NCBI GenBank assembly: GCA_021817945.1
Contig: JAKAFL010000005.1
Coordinates: forward strand, 43,387-107,386
Direction: 5' to 3'
Source: a bacterium
GTDB taxonomy: Bacteria > Verrucomicrobiota > Verrucomicrobiia > Limisphaerales > UBA11358
Length of the DNA: 64,000 nucleotides
A model generated the notes under the pieces. The model did no database searches and had not been told where the DNA came from. It worked only from the letters and a program-made list of their open reading frames with translations. Below, in pieces: positions 18,193 to 27,103 of this stretch; the stretch's first letter is position 1; every line of letters starts with the position of its first letter. The position numbers and the translations under genes were made by a program.

Positions 18193-18696
18193 TCATGGAA
18201 TTCCGCCCGAAGATAATGGCAAGGTTGGAACAGGTGCCCGCCACTCCATGTGGACATGGATTTCTGTTTCGAAAGTGGGGATAAAACCGAGTCGTTCATA
18301 CCATCTCCGGGCGCGGTTACCCTTGGATACCTGCAAGCGGACAGTTTTTTGGAATGTGGCGGCCTCGCTGCAAACTTCCTGCACCAGCGCCGTGCCAATC
18401 CCAGCGTTCCGATATTGTGGTAGTAAGGCGAGATCCACCACCAGTAAATCCTTCTGCGTCCGGTCAATGACCATCCGCCCCGCATTGGCGCCATCAACCA
18501 GGATGATTTGAAAATCCGCCCCGGGAAAGGCGCGGTCATAACCCCGGCTTGCACGGAACTGAATTTCAAGAAAGCTCTTTCGCATGTCCATGGGCCAGCC
18601 CCACACTTCCAATTCCTCCTGCCGGGTGGTGGCATAGAGTTCAAATAGAAACGTCTCATCCTGTGGCATTTCAGAACGTTTGGTGATTTTATTCAA
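18193..18696 (-). CDS. GNAT family N-acetyltransferase
   Basis: 167 aa. Acetyl-CoA-binding motif A (LLPQYRNAGIGTALV) and C-terminal RRWYERLGF. Confidence 0.75.
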   Translation of the reverse strand: MNKITKRSEMPQDETFLFELYATTRQEELEVWGWPMDMRKSFLEIQFRASRGYDRAFPGADFQIILVDGANAGRMVIDRTQKDLLVVDLALLPQYRNAGIGTALVQEVCSEAATFQKTVRLQVSKGNRARRWYERLGFIPTFETEIHVHMEWRAPVPTLPLSSGGIP

Positions 18697-18936
18697 AATG
18701 ATTTGCCTGCTTCAATCCGGCACGATTGCCTGGAATGGGCTTGAATGAGCTTCTAAGTCAAAAGCGGCGAACTGACAAGCGAAATGCAGGAGACCATTAA
18801 AAGTGGGCAGGGACCCGAGCAGCTTTACATGGGGCCATCCCATCCCACATTACCGCGGTTGAATAATAGATTGACATGGGCTAATGAATGGTTGAGTTTG
18901 TTCGTACTAATAGAAAATTTGGGAGAAACCATCATC

Positions 18937-19386
18937 ATGGGATCGCGCCGGAAATTTATCTCTATCTGCGCTGCCGTTGTGGCTTCTGCCGCAGTTGTCC
19001 CTGTGGATTGGCTTGCTTGGCTTGAGAAAAGGTCCAGGACAATGTCCGAAATCAGTTATAAAGAATTGGCAGCTCAGGTTGGAACCACATTTCGATTGCA
19101 GGCCGGGTCGGGGCGGCAGGTAAAATTGAAATTGCTAAAGGCTCCCTTGGCGCGGCCATATCCTTGGGCGGATGACCAAAGGCCGCCTGAAGATGCCCAC
19201 CACGAAAAATTCTCCCTCTTTTTTAGCGGGCCGCCGGAGTCGGTGTTGGCATCGGCCATCCACCAGTTTGAGCACGCTGAATTAGGGAGGTTCGAGATGT
19301 ACATTGGCGAGGTTGGAGCACGGGAGGCTTTAAGCATCCATTACGAATCCGTTTTCAACCGCCCACCTGTTGCCAAATGTGGGTGA
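18937..19386 (+). CDS. Small Tat-signal protein, DUF6916-like (function unknown)
   Basis: Start chosen at the internal ATG preceded by GGGAGA. The N-terminus MGSRRKFISICAAVVASAA is a twin-arginine-type signal. The body (TTFRLQAGSGRQVKLKLLKA...EKFSLFFSGP...FEMYIGEV...YESVFNR) resembles small proteins I recall next to tail-collar genes. Confidence 0.5.
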   Translation: MGSRRKFISICAAVVASAAVVPVDWLAWLEKRSRTMSEISYKELAAQVGTTFRLQAGSGRQVKLKLLKAPLARPYPWADDQRPPEDAHHEKFSLFFSGPPESVLASAIHQFEHAELGRFEMYIGEVGAREALSIHYESVFNRPPVAKCG

Positions 19387-19423
19387 ATGATTCAAAAAAA
19401 GCATCAAAATAGAAAGGAATGAC

Positions 19424-19945
19424 ATGGCTAATCCCTACATCGGTGAAATCAGAATGTTTGCAGGCAATTTCGCCCCCGTTGGCTGGGCCTTCTGTCAGGG
19501 TCAACTCATGCCCATTCAATCCAACGCCGCGCTATTTTCCATCCTTGGCACAACCTATGGTGGAGATGGCACGACCACGTTTGGCTTGCCCGATTTCCGG
19601 GGCCGTGTGCCGCTGAGTTCAGGCCAGGGTTTAGGGCTGTCAAACTATTTTCTGGGCCAACAGGCTGGCAATGAAAACATCGCCTTGACCTCATTACAGA
19701 TGCCTGCGCACACGCATTTAGTGGCAGCACTGGGCAGTGGTGGTACACAAGCCAGCCCGATCAATGGTTTTCCCGCAATCGAATCAACGGGAACTTCCAT
19801 GAATTATTCCACCTCCCCTTCGGCTTCAATGAACCCGCAAATGCTATCCACGGCCGGGGGGAGCCAGCCGCATTCCAATATTCAACCCATTTTGTGCGTC
19901 AATTTTATCATTGCCTTGACCGGAATTTTTCCGAGCCGTACCTAA
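19424..19945 (+). CDS. Phage tail collar domain protein (MdpB / microcystin-dependent-protein-like)
   Basis: 173 aa. Canonical N-terminus MANPYIGEIRMFAGNFAPVGWAFCQGQLMPIQSNAALFSILGTTYGGDGTTTFGLPDFRGRVP and C-terminal GGSQPHSNIQP...NFIIALTGIFPSR. Confidence 0.85.
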   Translation: MANPYIGEIRMFAGNFAPVGWAFCQGQLMPIQSNAALFSILGTTYGGDGTTTFGLPDFRGRVPLSSGQGLGLSNYFLGQQAGNENIALTSLQMPAHTHLVAALGSGGTQASPINGFPAIESTGTSMNYSTSPSASMNPQMLSTAGGSQPHSNIQPILCVNFIIALTGIFPSRT

Positions 19946-20159
19946 CTCTGGATTTTCATTTTCATCGGAAAGGAGCCTTCCGATGAACCATCCCAACTCG
20001 ATGCGTCACTTCATCTCCAGAGCCTGTTTGAAAACATGGGAATCTGCCAGTGCCCGCCGGCATTCAGTCCGGCATTCTTTTTTATTTAATCCCATGGGGA
20101 GCAGGATTTTTCACGGGGATTTTCCACCGGTGTTGCATGACTCCTGGAAACCAGCCTCC

Positions 20160-21356
20160 ATGGCTTTGAAATCCCGGCTTTTACGGCGGGCATGGGCATT
20201 ATGCCTCCCGGTTTTTCTGTTTGTCGGCGGTTGGACTTTTGCTCAACAACCCATTTACTACAACAGCAGCAGCGCTGCGCTGGCTTTGAACACATTGGAT
20301 AGCATTGCCACCAACGGAGCCAATCGCTCCATTCTCTTGGGCGCCAGCGGACCCATTCTCAATGGGGTCAGTCGTTGCACTGCCATGGCCGTGGATGGCT
20401 TGAACGGCAAGCTGTTTTTTGTGGATGACCTGGCAAACGCGCTCTGGAGCGTGAACTTGGACGGAACCGGTCTGGCGCAGGTTGAAGCGGGGCTGCCAGG
20501 GTTTCCCACAGACATCGCCCTGGATGTTCTTAACAGAAAAATTTATTATGCCACCAGTTCCACCATCCAAAACAACAACACCGTGCATTGCGTGAATTAC
20601 ACCGGGACAGGGGATTCCACGATATTCGTGGCAGGTGGACCCTCCGGGAATGGCGCCTCCCGCTGCACAGCCATCGCGGTTGATCCAAGCGCAGCGAGGA
20701 TTTTCCTGGCAGATGCCGGGGCGCAAAAAATCTGGAGCATGAGTCTGGCAGGGACAGGGTTGACCCAATTGGCAGTGAGCACGCCAAGCTCATTTCCAAG
20801 TGACGTGGATGTGGATCCGGTGCAGGAGCAGGTTTATTTCAGTTGCAGCTCAACCCTGCAGGGCGAAAACGTTGTCAAGAGAGTCAGTTACAGCGGAACG
20901 AACCAGGTCACACTTTTCACCGCCTCATCCAACGTTCAACGGTGCACTGCATTGGCTTTGGACGTTGCCGATTCCTCCATTTTTTTATCGGATGCCGGCC
21001 CTGGCGCACCGGCGATCTGGCGCATTCCTTTGGATGGTGGAAACGCCTCGCTTGTGTCTGCGGGGCTGCCTGCAACGGCTAAAAAGGTGCGTTGGTTTCC
21101 AGGTCCATCCACCCGGCCTCCGCCAGGACTTGACGGCATACAATTGTCCGGTTCCAATGTGATACTGAACGCCACCAACGGCTTCATCGGGGGCACTTAT
21201 TTCGTTTTGACATCCACCAATTTGAGCACACCCTTGAGTGGGTGGGCGCCTTTATTCACCAATGTTTTGGGGGTAAGCGGAGGTTTCAGTCTTACTCTCA
21301 GCAACTCTTTCATGGCTCATGACCCAAGCCGGTTTTACCTTCTCAAAGTTCAGTAG
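20160..21356 (+). CDS. Secreted beta-propeller repeat protein (YWTD/NHL-like blades) with C-terminal beta-sandwich tail
   Basis: Signal peptide MALKSRLLRRAWALCLPVFLFVGGWTFAQ. Repeated blades (RCTAMAVDGLNGKLFFVDD..ALWSVNLDGTG; RCTAIAVDPSAARIFLADA..KIWSMSLAGTG; RCTALALDVADSSIFLSDA..AIWRIPLDGG). The track ORF starts at 19983. I prefer the ATG at 20160. Confidence 0.65.
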   Translation: MALKSRLLRRAWALCLPVFLFVGGWTFAQQPIYYNSSSAALALNTLDSIATNGANRSILLGASGPILNGVSRCTAMAVDGLNGKLFFVDDLANALWSVNLDGTGLAQVEAGLPGFPTDIALDVLNRKIYYATSSTIQNNNTVHCVNYTGTGDSTIFVAGGPSGNGASRCTAIAVDPSAARIFLADAGAQKIWSMSLAGTGLTQLAVSTPSSFPSDVDVDPVQEQVYFSCSSTLQGENVVKRVSYSGTNQVTLFTASSNVQRCTALALDVADSSIFLSDAGPGAPAIWRIPLDGGNASLVSAGLPATAKKVRWFPGPSTRPPPGLDGIQLSGSNVILNATNGFIGGTYFVLTSTNLSTPLSGWAPLFTNVLGVSGGFSLTLSNSFMAHDPSRFYLLKVQ

Positions 21357-21375
21357 CACGCAATGTTTAAAAAAA

Positions 21376-21472
21376 CCGGGTTTGAACCCGGAAAGCGAAA
21401 GGGAAAGGGAAAGGGTCAAAATGCGCCCAGTAGATTGGGGCAGATTGACCTTTTGAATTTCGTTTTTCAGGA
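21376..21472. repeat. Palindromic intergenic repeat, copy 1 (long hairpin between convergent genes)
   Basis: The left arm cgggtttgaacccggaaagcgaaa(gggaaa)n gggtcaa pairs with the right arm ttgaccttttgaatttcgtttttcagg. Both arms are near-identical to the arms at 50335-50510. A small ccggg/cccgg hairpin at 21376-21390 lies next to an A7 run, which is a T-run on the minus strand. Confidence 0.7.
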
Positions 21473-21479
21473 TAAAATT

Positions 21480-22508
21480 TTAACGGGAACCGGGCTGATG
21501 GTTTCGTGCTATGACCACCTTTCCAAAATGAGCGCCGGACTGCAAATACCTGTAGGCTAGGGCTGCCTCCGTCCATCCAAAAACACGGTCCACCACGGGC
21601 TGTAGCCGGTGCAATGCCACGGCACAATTGAGGGATTCAAACATTCTCCTGCTGCCCACAAAAACACCCTGAACAACCGCCAAACGGCCCAAAATATCCC
21701 GCAGTGAAATTTCACTGCTGAAACCGCTCACCCCGCCCACCACATGCACTTTTCCATGAGGCGCCAATGAACGAAGCGATTTTGAAAATGTGCCCTGACC
21801 CCCGACCTCCACCACATGGTCCACACCCCTCCGGTCTGTCAGGCGAAAAACCTCCTCGTCCCAGTCCGGGTTGCGTTTGTAAGAAATTGCCGCATCCGCT
21901 CCCAAGGAAAGCGCGCGCTCAAGTTTTTGATCGCTCCCACTTGTGATCAGGGTCCTGGCTCCGTGCATTTTGGCAATTTGCAGTGCAAACAGTGAGACGC
22001 CGCCTGTTCCGAGCAGCAAAACGGTCTGGCCCGCCTTTAACTGTCCGCTTTCCACCAAGGCATGCCAGGCGGTGACTCCGGCGCAAGGAAGTGTGGAGGC
22101 GTGTATGAAATCCAGGTGGGGCGGAATGGACACCAAACCTGTCTCGGGCAGAACCACCTGCTCCGCCAGCATTCCAGGCAAAGCCCCGCCCAACGCGGTG
22201 GCCGCGATCTCCCGGCGGTAGGCGCCATCACCCCAGCCTTGAAAAAAGGTGCCGGCGACACGGTCTCCTGGTCGCCAACGGGTGACACCCTCTCCGCAAG
22301 CCACCACCTCCCCGGCACCGTCTGATAGCGGCACCAAAGGCAATGAAACCGAACCATATCGGCCATCTGAAATCATCAGGTCCCGGTAGTTCAAGGCATT
22401 GGCATGGACTCGAACCAACACCTGTCCAGGACCCGGTGCCGGATCCGGCAAATCCACCATGGCCAATGACGCAGGGCCTTGCTGGCCCACCAAATGGTAC
22501 GCTTTCAT
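21480..22508 (-). CDS. Zinc-type alcohol dehydrogenase / NADPH:quinone oxidoreductase family (MDR superfamily)
   Basis: 342 aa. NALNYRDLM, LVPLSDGAGEVVA, nucleotide fold VLLLGTGGVSLFALQIAK. Confidence 0.8.
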   Translation of the reverse strand: MKAYHLVGQQGPASLAMVDLPDPAPGPGQVLVRVHANALNYRDLMISDGRYGSVSLPLVPLSDGAGEVVACGEGVTRWRPGDRVAGTFFQGWGDGAYRREIAATALGGALPGMLAEQVVLPETGLVSIPPHLDFIHASTLPCAGVTAWHALVESGQLKAGQTVLLLGTGGVSLFALQIAKMHGARTLITSGSDQKLERALSLGADAAISYKRNPDWDEEVFRLTDRRGVDHVVEVGGQGTFSKSLRSLAPHGKVHVVGGVSGFSSEISLRDILGRLAVVQGVFVGSRRMFESLNCAVALHRLQPVVDRVFGWTEAALAYRYLQSGAHFGKVVIARNHQPGSR

Positions 22509-23959
22509 TTGACGTTTAATTCACGCTGGATTCCAAATTTTTCAATCCGCTTGCGAAGAGTGGCGCGTGTGATTCCCAGCAGAGCGGCTGCATGCACCTG
22601 GTTATTATGGGTTTCCTTGAGGGCTTGAATGACCAGTTCCCGTTCCACGGCAGGTATGACCTTGAAGCCGGGGTTTTTTCGTGCCCACTGGAATAATTGG
22701 CGCGCCAAACCGGCGGAATCCTGGTTGGCGCCGTCCAGGGCTGGTCCTGCCGGGTTTGCTCCACTGCCCCCTGTGGCAAGACCTGAGATTTCCGGGGGTA
22801 AATCACCAAGCAAAATGGCGCCGCTCTTGGCCATGACATGGGCGCGCCGGATGGCATTTTCCAGCTCGCGAATGTTACCCGGCCAATGATACTTCTCCAG
22901 CACACGAATTACATTCGCTGCGACAGACTTGGGAGGATGATTGTGATCCCGTGCAAGCTTCTTTAAAAAGTAATTCACCAGGAGAGGGATGTCTTCGCGC
23001 CTGTCCCTGAGCGGAGGCAGGTGCAGGCGCACCACGTTGAGCCGGTAAAATAAATCTTCCCGGAACTGCCTGGCTGCCACCGCCGCCTCCAGGGGTTTGT
23101 TCGTGGCCGCAATGATGCGCACATCCACCTGGATGGAGGAGTTGCCGCCCACGCGCTCAAAAGTTCCATTTTGCAGCACGCGCAGGATTTTTGTCTGGGT
23201 CGGGGGTGTCATATCCCCAATTTCATCCAAGAACAGCGTCCCGTGGTTGCACTGCTCAAATTTTCCCACGCGCTGGTTGGTGGCGCCGGTAAAGGCACCC
23301 CGTTCATGGCCAAACAATTCGCTCTCCAGAAGTTGCTCGGGAATGGCGGCACAGTTGACCGCCAGAAAGGCCTGGCTGCTCCGATGACTGTGATGGTAAA
23401 TGGCACGGGCGACCAACTCCTTGCCAGTGCCGCTTTCCCCCGTGATCAATGCCGTGGCGTCACTTGCCGCCACCTGTCCAACCAGTTTGAATACCTGCTG
23501 CATCGGCTCGCTGCGGCCCACGATTCCCAGCTCGTAATCCTCGGTTTCCAGAAGCGGCTCATAGGAGACCATTTGCTTCATGTCCCTCGCCGCCTTCAGC
23601 GCATTTCCCACGATCTCCTTCAGCTTGTTCGCGTCAAACGGTTTCAAAAGATAATCGTAAGCGCCCAGCTTCATGGCTTCTATCGCTGTCTGGGTCGTGC
23701 CGTAGGCAGTCATTAATATCACCAGCAGCTTCGGGTCCGAGACCCGGATGCGGCGCAAAGTCTCCAAACCGCTCATGCCAGCCATCCGCACGTCCATCAA
23801 CACCAAGTCAGGCTTGAACTTCGGAATGATTTTAAGCCCCTCTTCACCACTCGCCGTGGTTGCCAATTCCATGTCCGGCGAATCAAAGATTCTTTGGATG
23901 GAATACCGCACATCTTCCTCATCATCTATCAGCAAAAGCCTGCTCATCCGCGCCAGCAT
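22505..23959 (-). CDS. Sigma-54-dependent response regulator (NtrC family: receiver + AAA+ + Fis HTH)
   Basis: Receiver domain (LLIDDEEDV...DLVLMDVRMAGMSG), Walker A GESGTGKE, GAFTGA loop (ERGAFTGA), C-terminal HTH (AAALLGITRATLRKRIEKFGI). ATGA overlap with the downstream oxidoreductase. No adjacent kinase. Confidence 0.9.
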   Translation of the reverse strand: MLARMSRLLLIDDEEDVRYSIQRIFDSPDMELATTASGEEGLKIIPKFKPDLVLMDVRMAGMSGLETLRRIRVSDPKLLVILMTAYGTTQTAIEAMKLGAYDYLLKPFDANKLKEIVGNALKAARDMKQMVSYEPLLETEDYELGIVGRSEPMQQVFKLVGQVAASDATALITGESGTGKELVARAIYHHSHRSSQAFLAVNCAAIPEQLLESELFGHERGAFTGATNQRVGKFEQCNHGTLFLDEIGDMTPPTQTKILRVLQNGTFERVGGNSSIQVDVRIIAATNKPLEAAVAARQFREDLFYRLNVVRLHLPPLRDRREDIPLLVNYFLKKLARDHNHPPKSVAANVIRVLEKYHWPGNIRELENAIRRAHVMAKSGAILLGDLPPEISGLATGGSGANPAGPALDGANQDSAGLARQLFQWARKNPGFKVIPAVERELVIQALKETHNNQVHAAALLGITRATLRKRIEKFGIQRELNVK

Positions 23960-24072
23960 AATCCGTTTCCATCGTCAGGACAATGAATTCTCAACCTCCA
24001 TCCGGGGAGCGAATGGGGCATTTTCCGGGCCTTGAGGAAAGCTTTCCAGCCGGCGAGCCATGCCCAAATCCA

Positions 24073-27000
24073 TCAGGGTGGATTTACCAAGTCTTGCAGT
24101 GTGCGGATGGGATGCAGCGGCATCAGCAGCATTTCTGACACAGGGGATGGCAACCAGAGTGGGGTAACCTTGGGTTTCTCCAGGGTGCCGCTGACCTGGC
24201 ATTCAAAAATTTTACTGAAGGGCCAAAGCGCGGTGCTGACCAGGGGACCCACCACCGGGGTATTGCGCAGCAAAAGGACCGTTACGCGAGCATTTACGTG
24301 TTCATCCAAATCCACGGTTCCCGAATACTCAAGGCGCATGGTGGGTGTATGCAACTCAAGAAGATCGGAGTGAATCACCCCGTGCTGCATGACATAATCC
24401 ATGGTGGCATCAGTGGCCCGGCTGTTTCCCAATCCTGGCGAAACACGGTTCAGGGCGCCGGATGCCAGCCCAAACAGGGGGATATTCCATAAAAGGCCGT
24501 TGTGCAAACCAGCATGGCCGCCGCCATTCCAAGTGTGCCAATCCCCTGTGTCACCATCGGTTACTTTCCAGACACCGCTCAGCAGCCCTTGAAGCGTGTT
24601 GGTGGGGGATGAAACATCAGCAATCAATTCATGCAAACTCACGTTGGTAACTGTCAACATGGAAGTGAAACGAGCATCCGGCCGATCGGGGTCAAAATAA
24701 AAATGCGCATTGCCCCATCCTTTCCCGCCGTAAACCTCGCCAACCAGGTTGGTCAGTATCAACTGCTGCCCCTTCCAATGAATGGTCCCCATGACTCCCT
24801 TGGATTTGAGGTTTTGCCACTGGAAAGGCGTGGGTTTGAGGATAACAAAGGTGAGATCCGCATCGTTCATCGGGTCCTGTCCCTGGACATCCCGCATTGG
24901 TGCTGAACCATTCACCATGGCGGTCGGGAGGCTTGGAAAATGATAAGGTTCAACCAATTCGGTTGTCTTTGGTCCGATGCACCGCACCACGTACATGGGG
25001 TCTGCGGCGCTGAATCCGTTGGTAAAAAAAATGGTCCCCTGCGTGAAATCCAGGGTCAAGGCGTCTGCCCGGATGTTCTGGGAGTGGTTCATCCGGCTTA
25101 ATTGGGGATTAAAAAACCTCAGCACCCGGTTGGTGTACATGAAATTGCCCGTCACCTCGTCCGCGGCCTGTCCGCGAATGGCAAAATTGGTGCAGGCCAG
25201 ATTACCGGTGGCCGTCAGGCTCTCCAAATTGCGCCAGTTTCCGCAAACGGACACGCGAAAGGCCAGGGGATTTTCCAAATGAATGAGCGCCAGCCCCATT
25301 CGTGCCTGATCGGTTGGCAACAGGGGTTGAAGGGTTTCAGGGTCAAAATGGCCCTCGACGCGCAGGTTCATTTGGCCATCCAGGAGGTTTCCAGAAACGC
25401 CGCCCGAAATACGAGTGTGTCCCTGCCGCACCATGAAATCCGGCAGCGTCAAGCATCGGTTGGACCACTCAAATGAGGAGTGGACCCGGTCCAGGCGCAG
25501 ATATTGTCCAGGCGCGCCATCCACGATTGCATTGGTCAGGTTGGCTGTTCCACGAACTTGCAAACCCGTCCAGTTGGTGTCTTGACCCGCCACTTCCAGT
25601 TCTATTCCCGCAGGCTGGTTCAGGTGAAAAGAATGGAGAAATTGGCTGTCGTCTGTCTGATCGAAAAAGGGACGCACCGAAGCCAGGTCCACCGTGCCAT
25701 GCAAGGCGCCCGCCAATTGGTGGGTTGCCCCATCCGCCTCGCCGGCAAATTCCAGTTGAGTCAAACCCTGCTTGAAGTGGAAGGCGTTCCAGTTCCAGTG
25801 ATCATGCATGTATTCAAAATGTCCCTGAAACCAATCCACGAGCAGTCCATTGGCGACGGCATTTGTGAATGAGACCTGTCCGGTTAAGCTGGCATTGGCA
25901 GCCACCCACTGCGGCCAGGAAGCAGGCGCATTCGTCCAGGGTGGCAGCAAGGAATGGCCTGAAGCGTGAAGCTCAGGCGGGCGTGTCCAGAGCCAGTTGC
26001 CCAACTCGACGCGCAAACCGGCTGGCAACCATCTGGAAAGCAGGTGCGGGTCAAAGCTCGAATCGTTTGTGAAGGATATGGTGCGATTGCGAATATCCAG
26101 AAAAGCCGTTCCATCCACGGTGCCACCGGCCATTTGAGCCCGGCATTTTTTGATGTAAACAGCCGGGGCCATCCAGTCCCCGCCCACATCAAGGCTGTCA
26201 AGGTCCAGACCATCCATTTGAAAACCGTTCACGTGGAGGGAGCATTCCAGGGAAAAAGGTTCCAGATTGGTCCAAAACCCCAAATCTGCATTGCTGGATA
26301 AGCTGGCATTGGCAGGTGCTTGCAACAAACCTGCAGCTTGGATGGAGCGTGCCATAAACCAGGGGTTTTCGAGTTCCTCCAGCCGGGCTTCCCACCTCAG
26401 GGAAATGGAATGGATATTCCGGGCGTCCCCATCCAAGAACAAAGCCAGCGTGGGATGACCCATCCAAGTCATATCTTGACGGGCGCGAATGAGCTGGCCG
26501 ATGAGGGGACCAAGGTTGCTGCGGTTCGGGGAAGCAGACGGGTGCGGAAGGTTCAGCCTGGTTCCTGAGTTAATGGCCCAATTGGCAACCTCGGGCGCAT
26601 GGATCAACCGCCCTGAAAGATTCACCCGCAAGCCTTCGAATTCCGCCTCAAATTGGTCCACCACCCAGGTATCCTGGGATTCAAACCTCCAGCTTGATTG
26701 CAGGTTGGTGATTGCCAAAAATTCCGTGGCGCTGGCTTGCAGGGTCAGTGTGCCGTCCCGGACCCTTAAACCGTCAAGCAGCCACCGGCCATGAAGCAAC
26801 GCCGGGTAATCCAGCCTGAGCTGGACTTGCCGGGCACGAAAATGCACCGCAGTCATGGCATTGGAACCACCCAACTGGACCTCCTCTGCCACCAGCCCAC
26901 GAAGAGGGCTGAGGTGAAGGCTTTGAAATTCCAAGATCACCCCTCTCTGTTTCAGGGCATCCAAAAGCTTGGTTTTCAAGCCATCAGGCAATCCTTCCTT

Positions 27001-27102
27001 GTTAAACCAGAGAAGCAGCGCCAACACCACCAGCAACATGAGCCAAGCCATAACCCGGCACCACCGGAAAGTCCGCCGACAATGGCCCCAAAAACCCGCC
27101 AT
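24073..27102 (-). CDS. Large N-terminally anchored AsmA/TamB/YhdP-like beta-rich envelope protein
   Basis: 1009 aa. One N-terminal TM (VMAWLMLLVVLALLLWF) followed by a long beta-rich body. The C-terminus ...YSGTVDLDEHVNARVTV...ECQVSGTLEKPKVTPL resembles the conserved AsmA-like terminal motif. Confidence 0.55.
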   Translation of the reverse strand: MAGFWGHCRRTFRWCRVMAWLMLLVVLALLLWFNKEGLPDGLKTKLLDALKQRGVILEFQSLHLSPLRGLVAEEVQLGGSNAMTAVHFRARQVQLRLDYPALLHGRWLLDGLRVRDGTLTLQASATEFLAITNLQSSWRFESQDTWVVDQFEAEFEGLRVNLSGRLIHAPEVANWAINSGTRLNLPHPSASPNRSNLGPLIGQLIRARQDMTWMGHPTLALFLDGDARNIHSISLRWEARLEELENPWFMARSIQAAGLLQAPANASLSSNADLGFWTNLEPFSLECSLHVNGFQMDGLDLDSLDVGGDWMAPAVYIKKCRAQMAGGTVDGTAFLDIRNRTISFTNDSSFDPHLLSRWLPAGLRVELGNWLWTRPPELHASGHSLLPPWTNAPASWPQWVAANASLTGQVSFTNAVANGLLVDWFQGHFEYMHDHWNWNAFHFKQGLTQLEFAGEADGATHQLAGALHGTVDLASVRPFFDQTDDSQFLHSFHLNQPAGIELEVAGQDTNWTGLQVRGTANLTNAIVDGAPGQYLRLDRVHSSFEWSNRCLTLPDFMVRQGHTRISGGVSGNLLDGQMNLRVEGHFDPETLQPLLPTDQARMGLALIHLENPLAFRVSVCGNWRNLESLTATGNLACTNFAIRGQAADEVTGNFMYTNRVLRFFNPQLSRMNHSQNIRADALTLDFTQGTIFFTNGFSAADPMYVVRCIGPKTTELVEPYHFPSLPTAMVNGSAPMRDVQGQDPMNDADLTFVILKPTPFQWQNLKSKGVMGTIHWKGQQLILTNLVGEVYGGKGWGNAHFYFDPDRPDARFTSMLTVTNVSLHELIADVSSPTNTLQGLLSGVWKVTDGDTGDWHTWNGGGHAGLHNGLLWNIPLFGLASGALNRVSPGLGNSRATDATMDYVMQHGVIHSDLLELHTPTMRLEYSGTVDLDEHVNARVTVLLLRNTPVVGPLVSTALWPFSKIFECQVSGTLEKPKVTPLWLPSPVSEMLLMPLHPIRTLQDLVNPP

Positions 27103-27103
27103 A

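Noticed and set aside
19424-19945. Tail-collar gene as evidence for a prophage
   Set aside because: No other phage structural, replication, lysis or integration gene occurs in the 64 kb. Stand-alone collar proteins are common outside phages.
19983-20159. N-terminal extensions of track ORFs (also 32172-32342, 63078-63185, 32110-32268, 44269-44451, 28895-28966, 15135-15260)
   Set aside because: The extensions precede obvious signal peptides or family N-termini. They overlap upstream genes or promoters, or start with GTG/TTG. Internal ATGs give the canonical protein starts and often ATGA coupling.
21398-21415. (GGGAAA)n run considered as a CRISPR array or independent microsatellite locus
   Set aside because: It has only about three short units with no spacers, and it is embedded in one arm of the palindromic element. 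It is described there instead.
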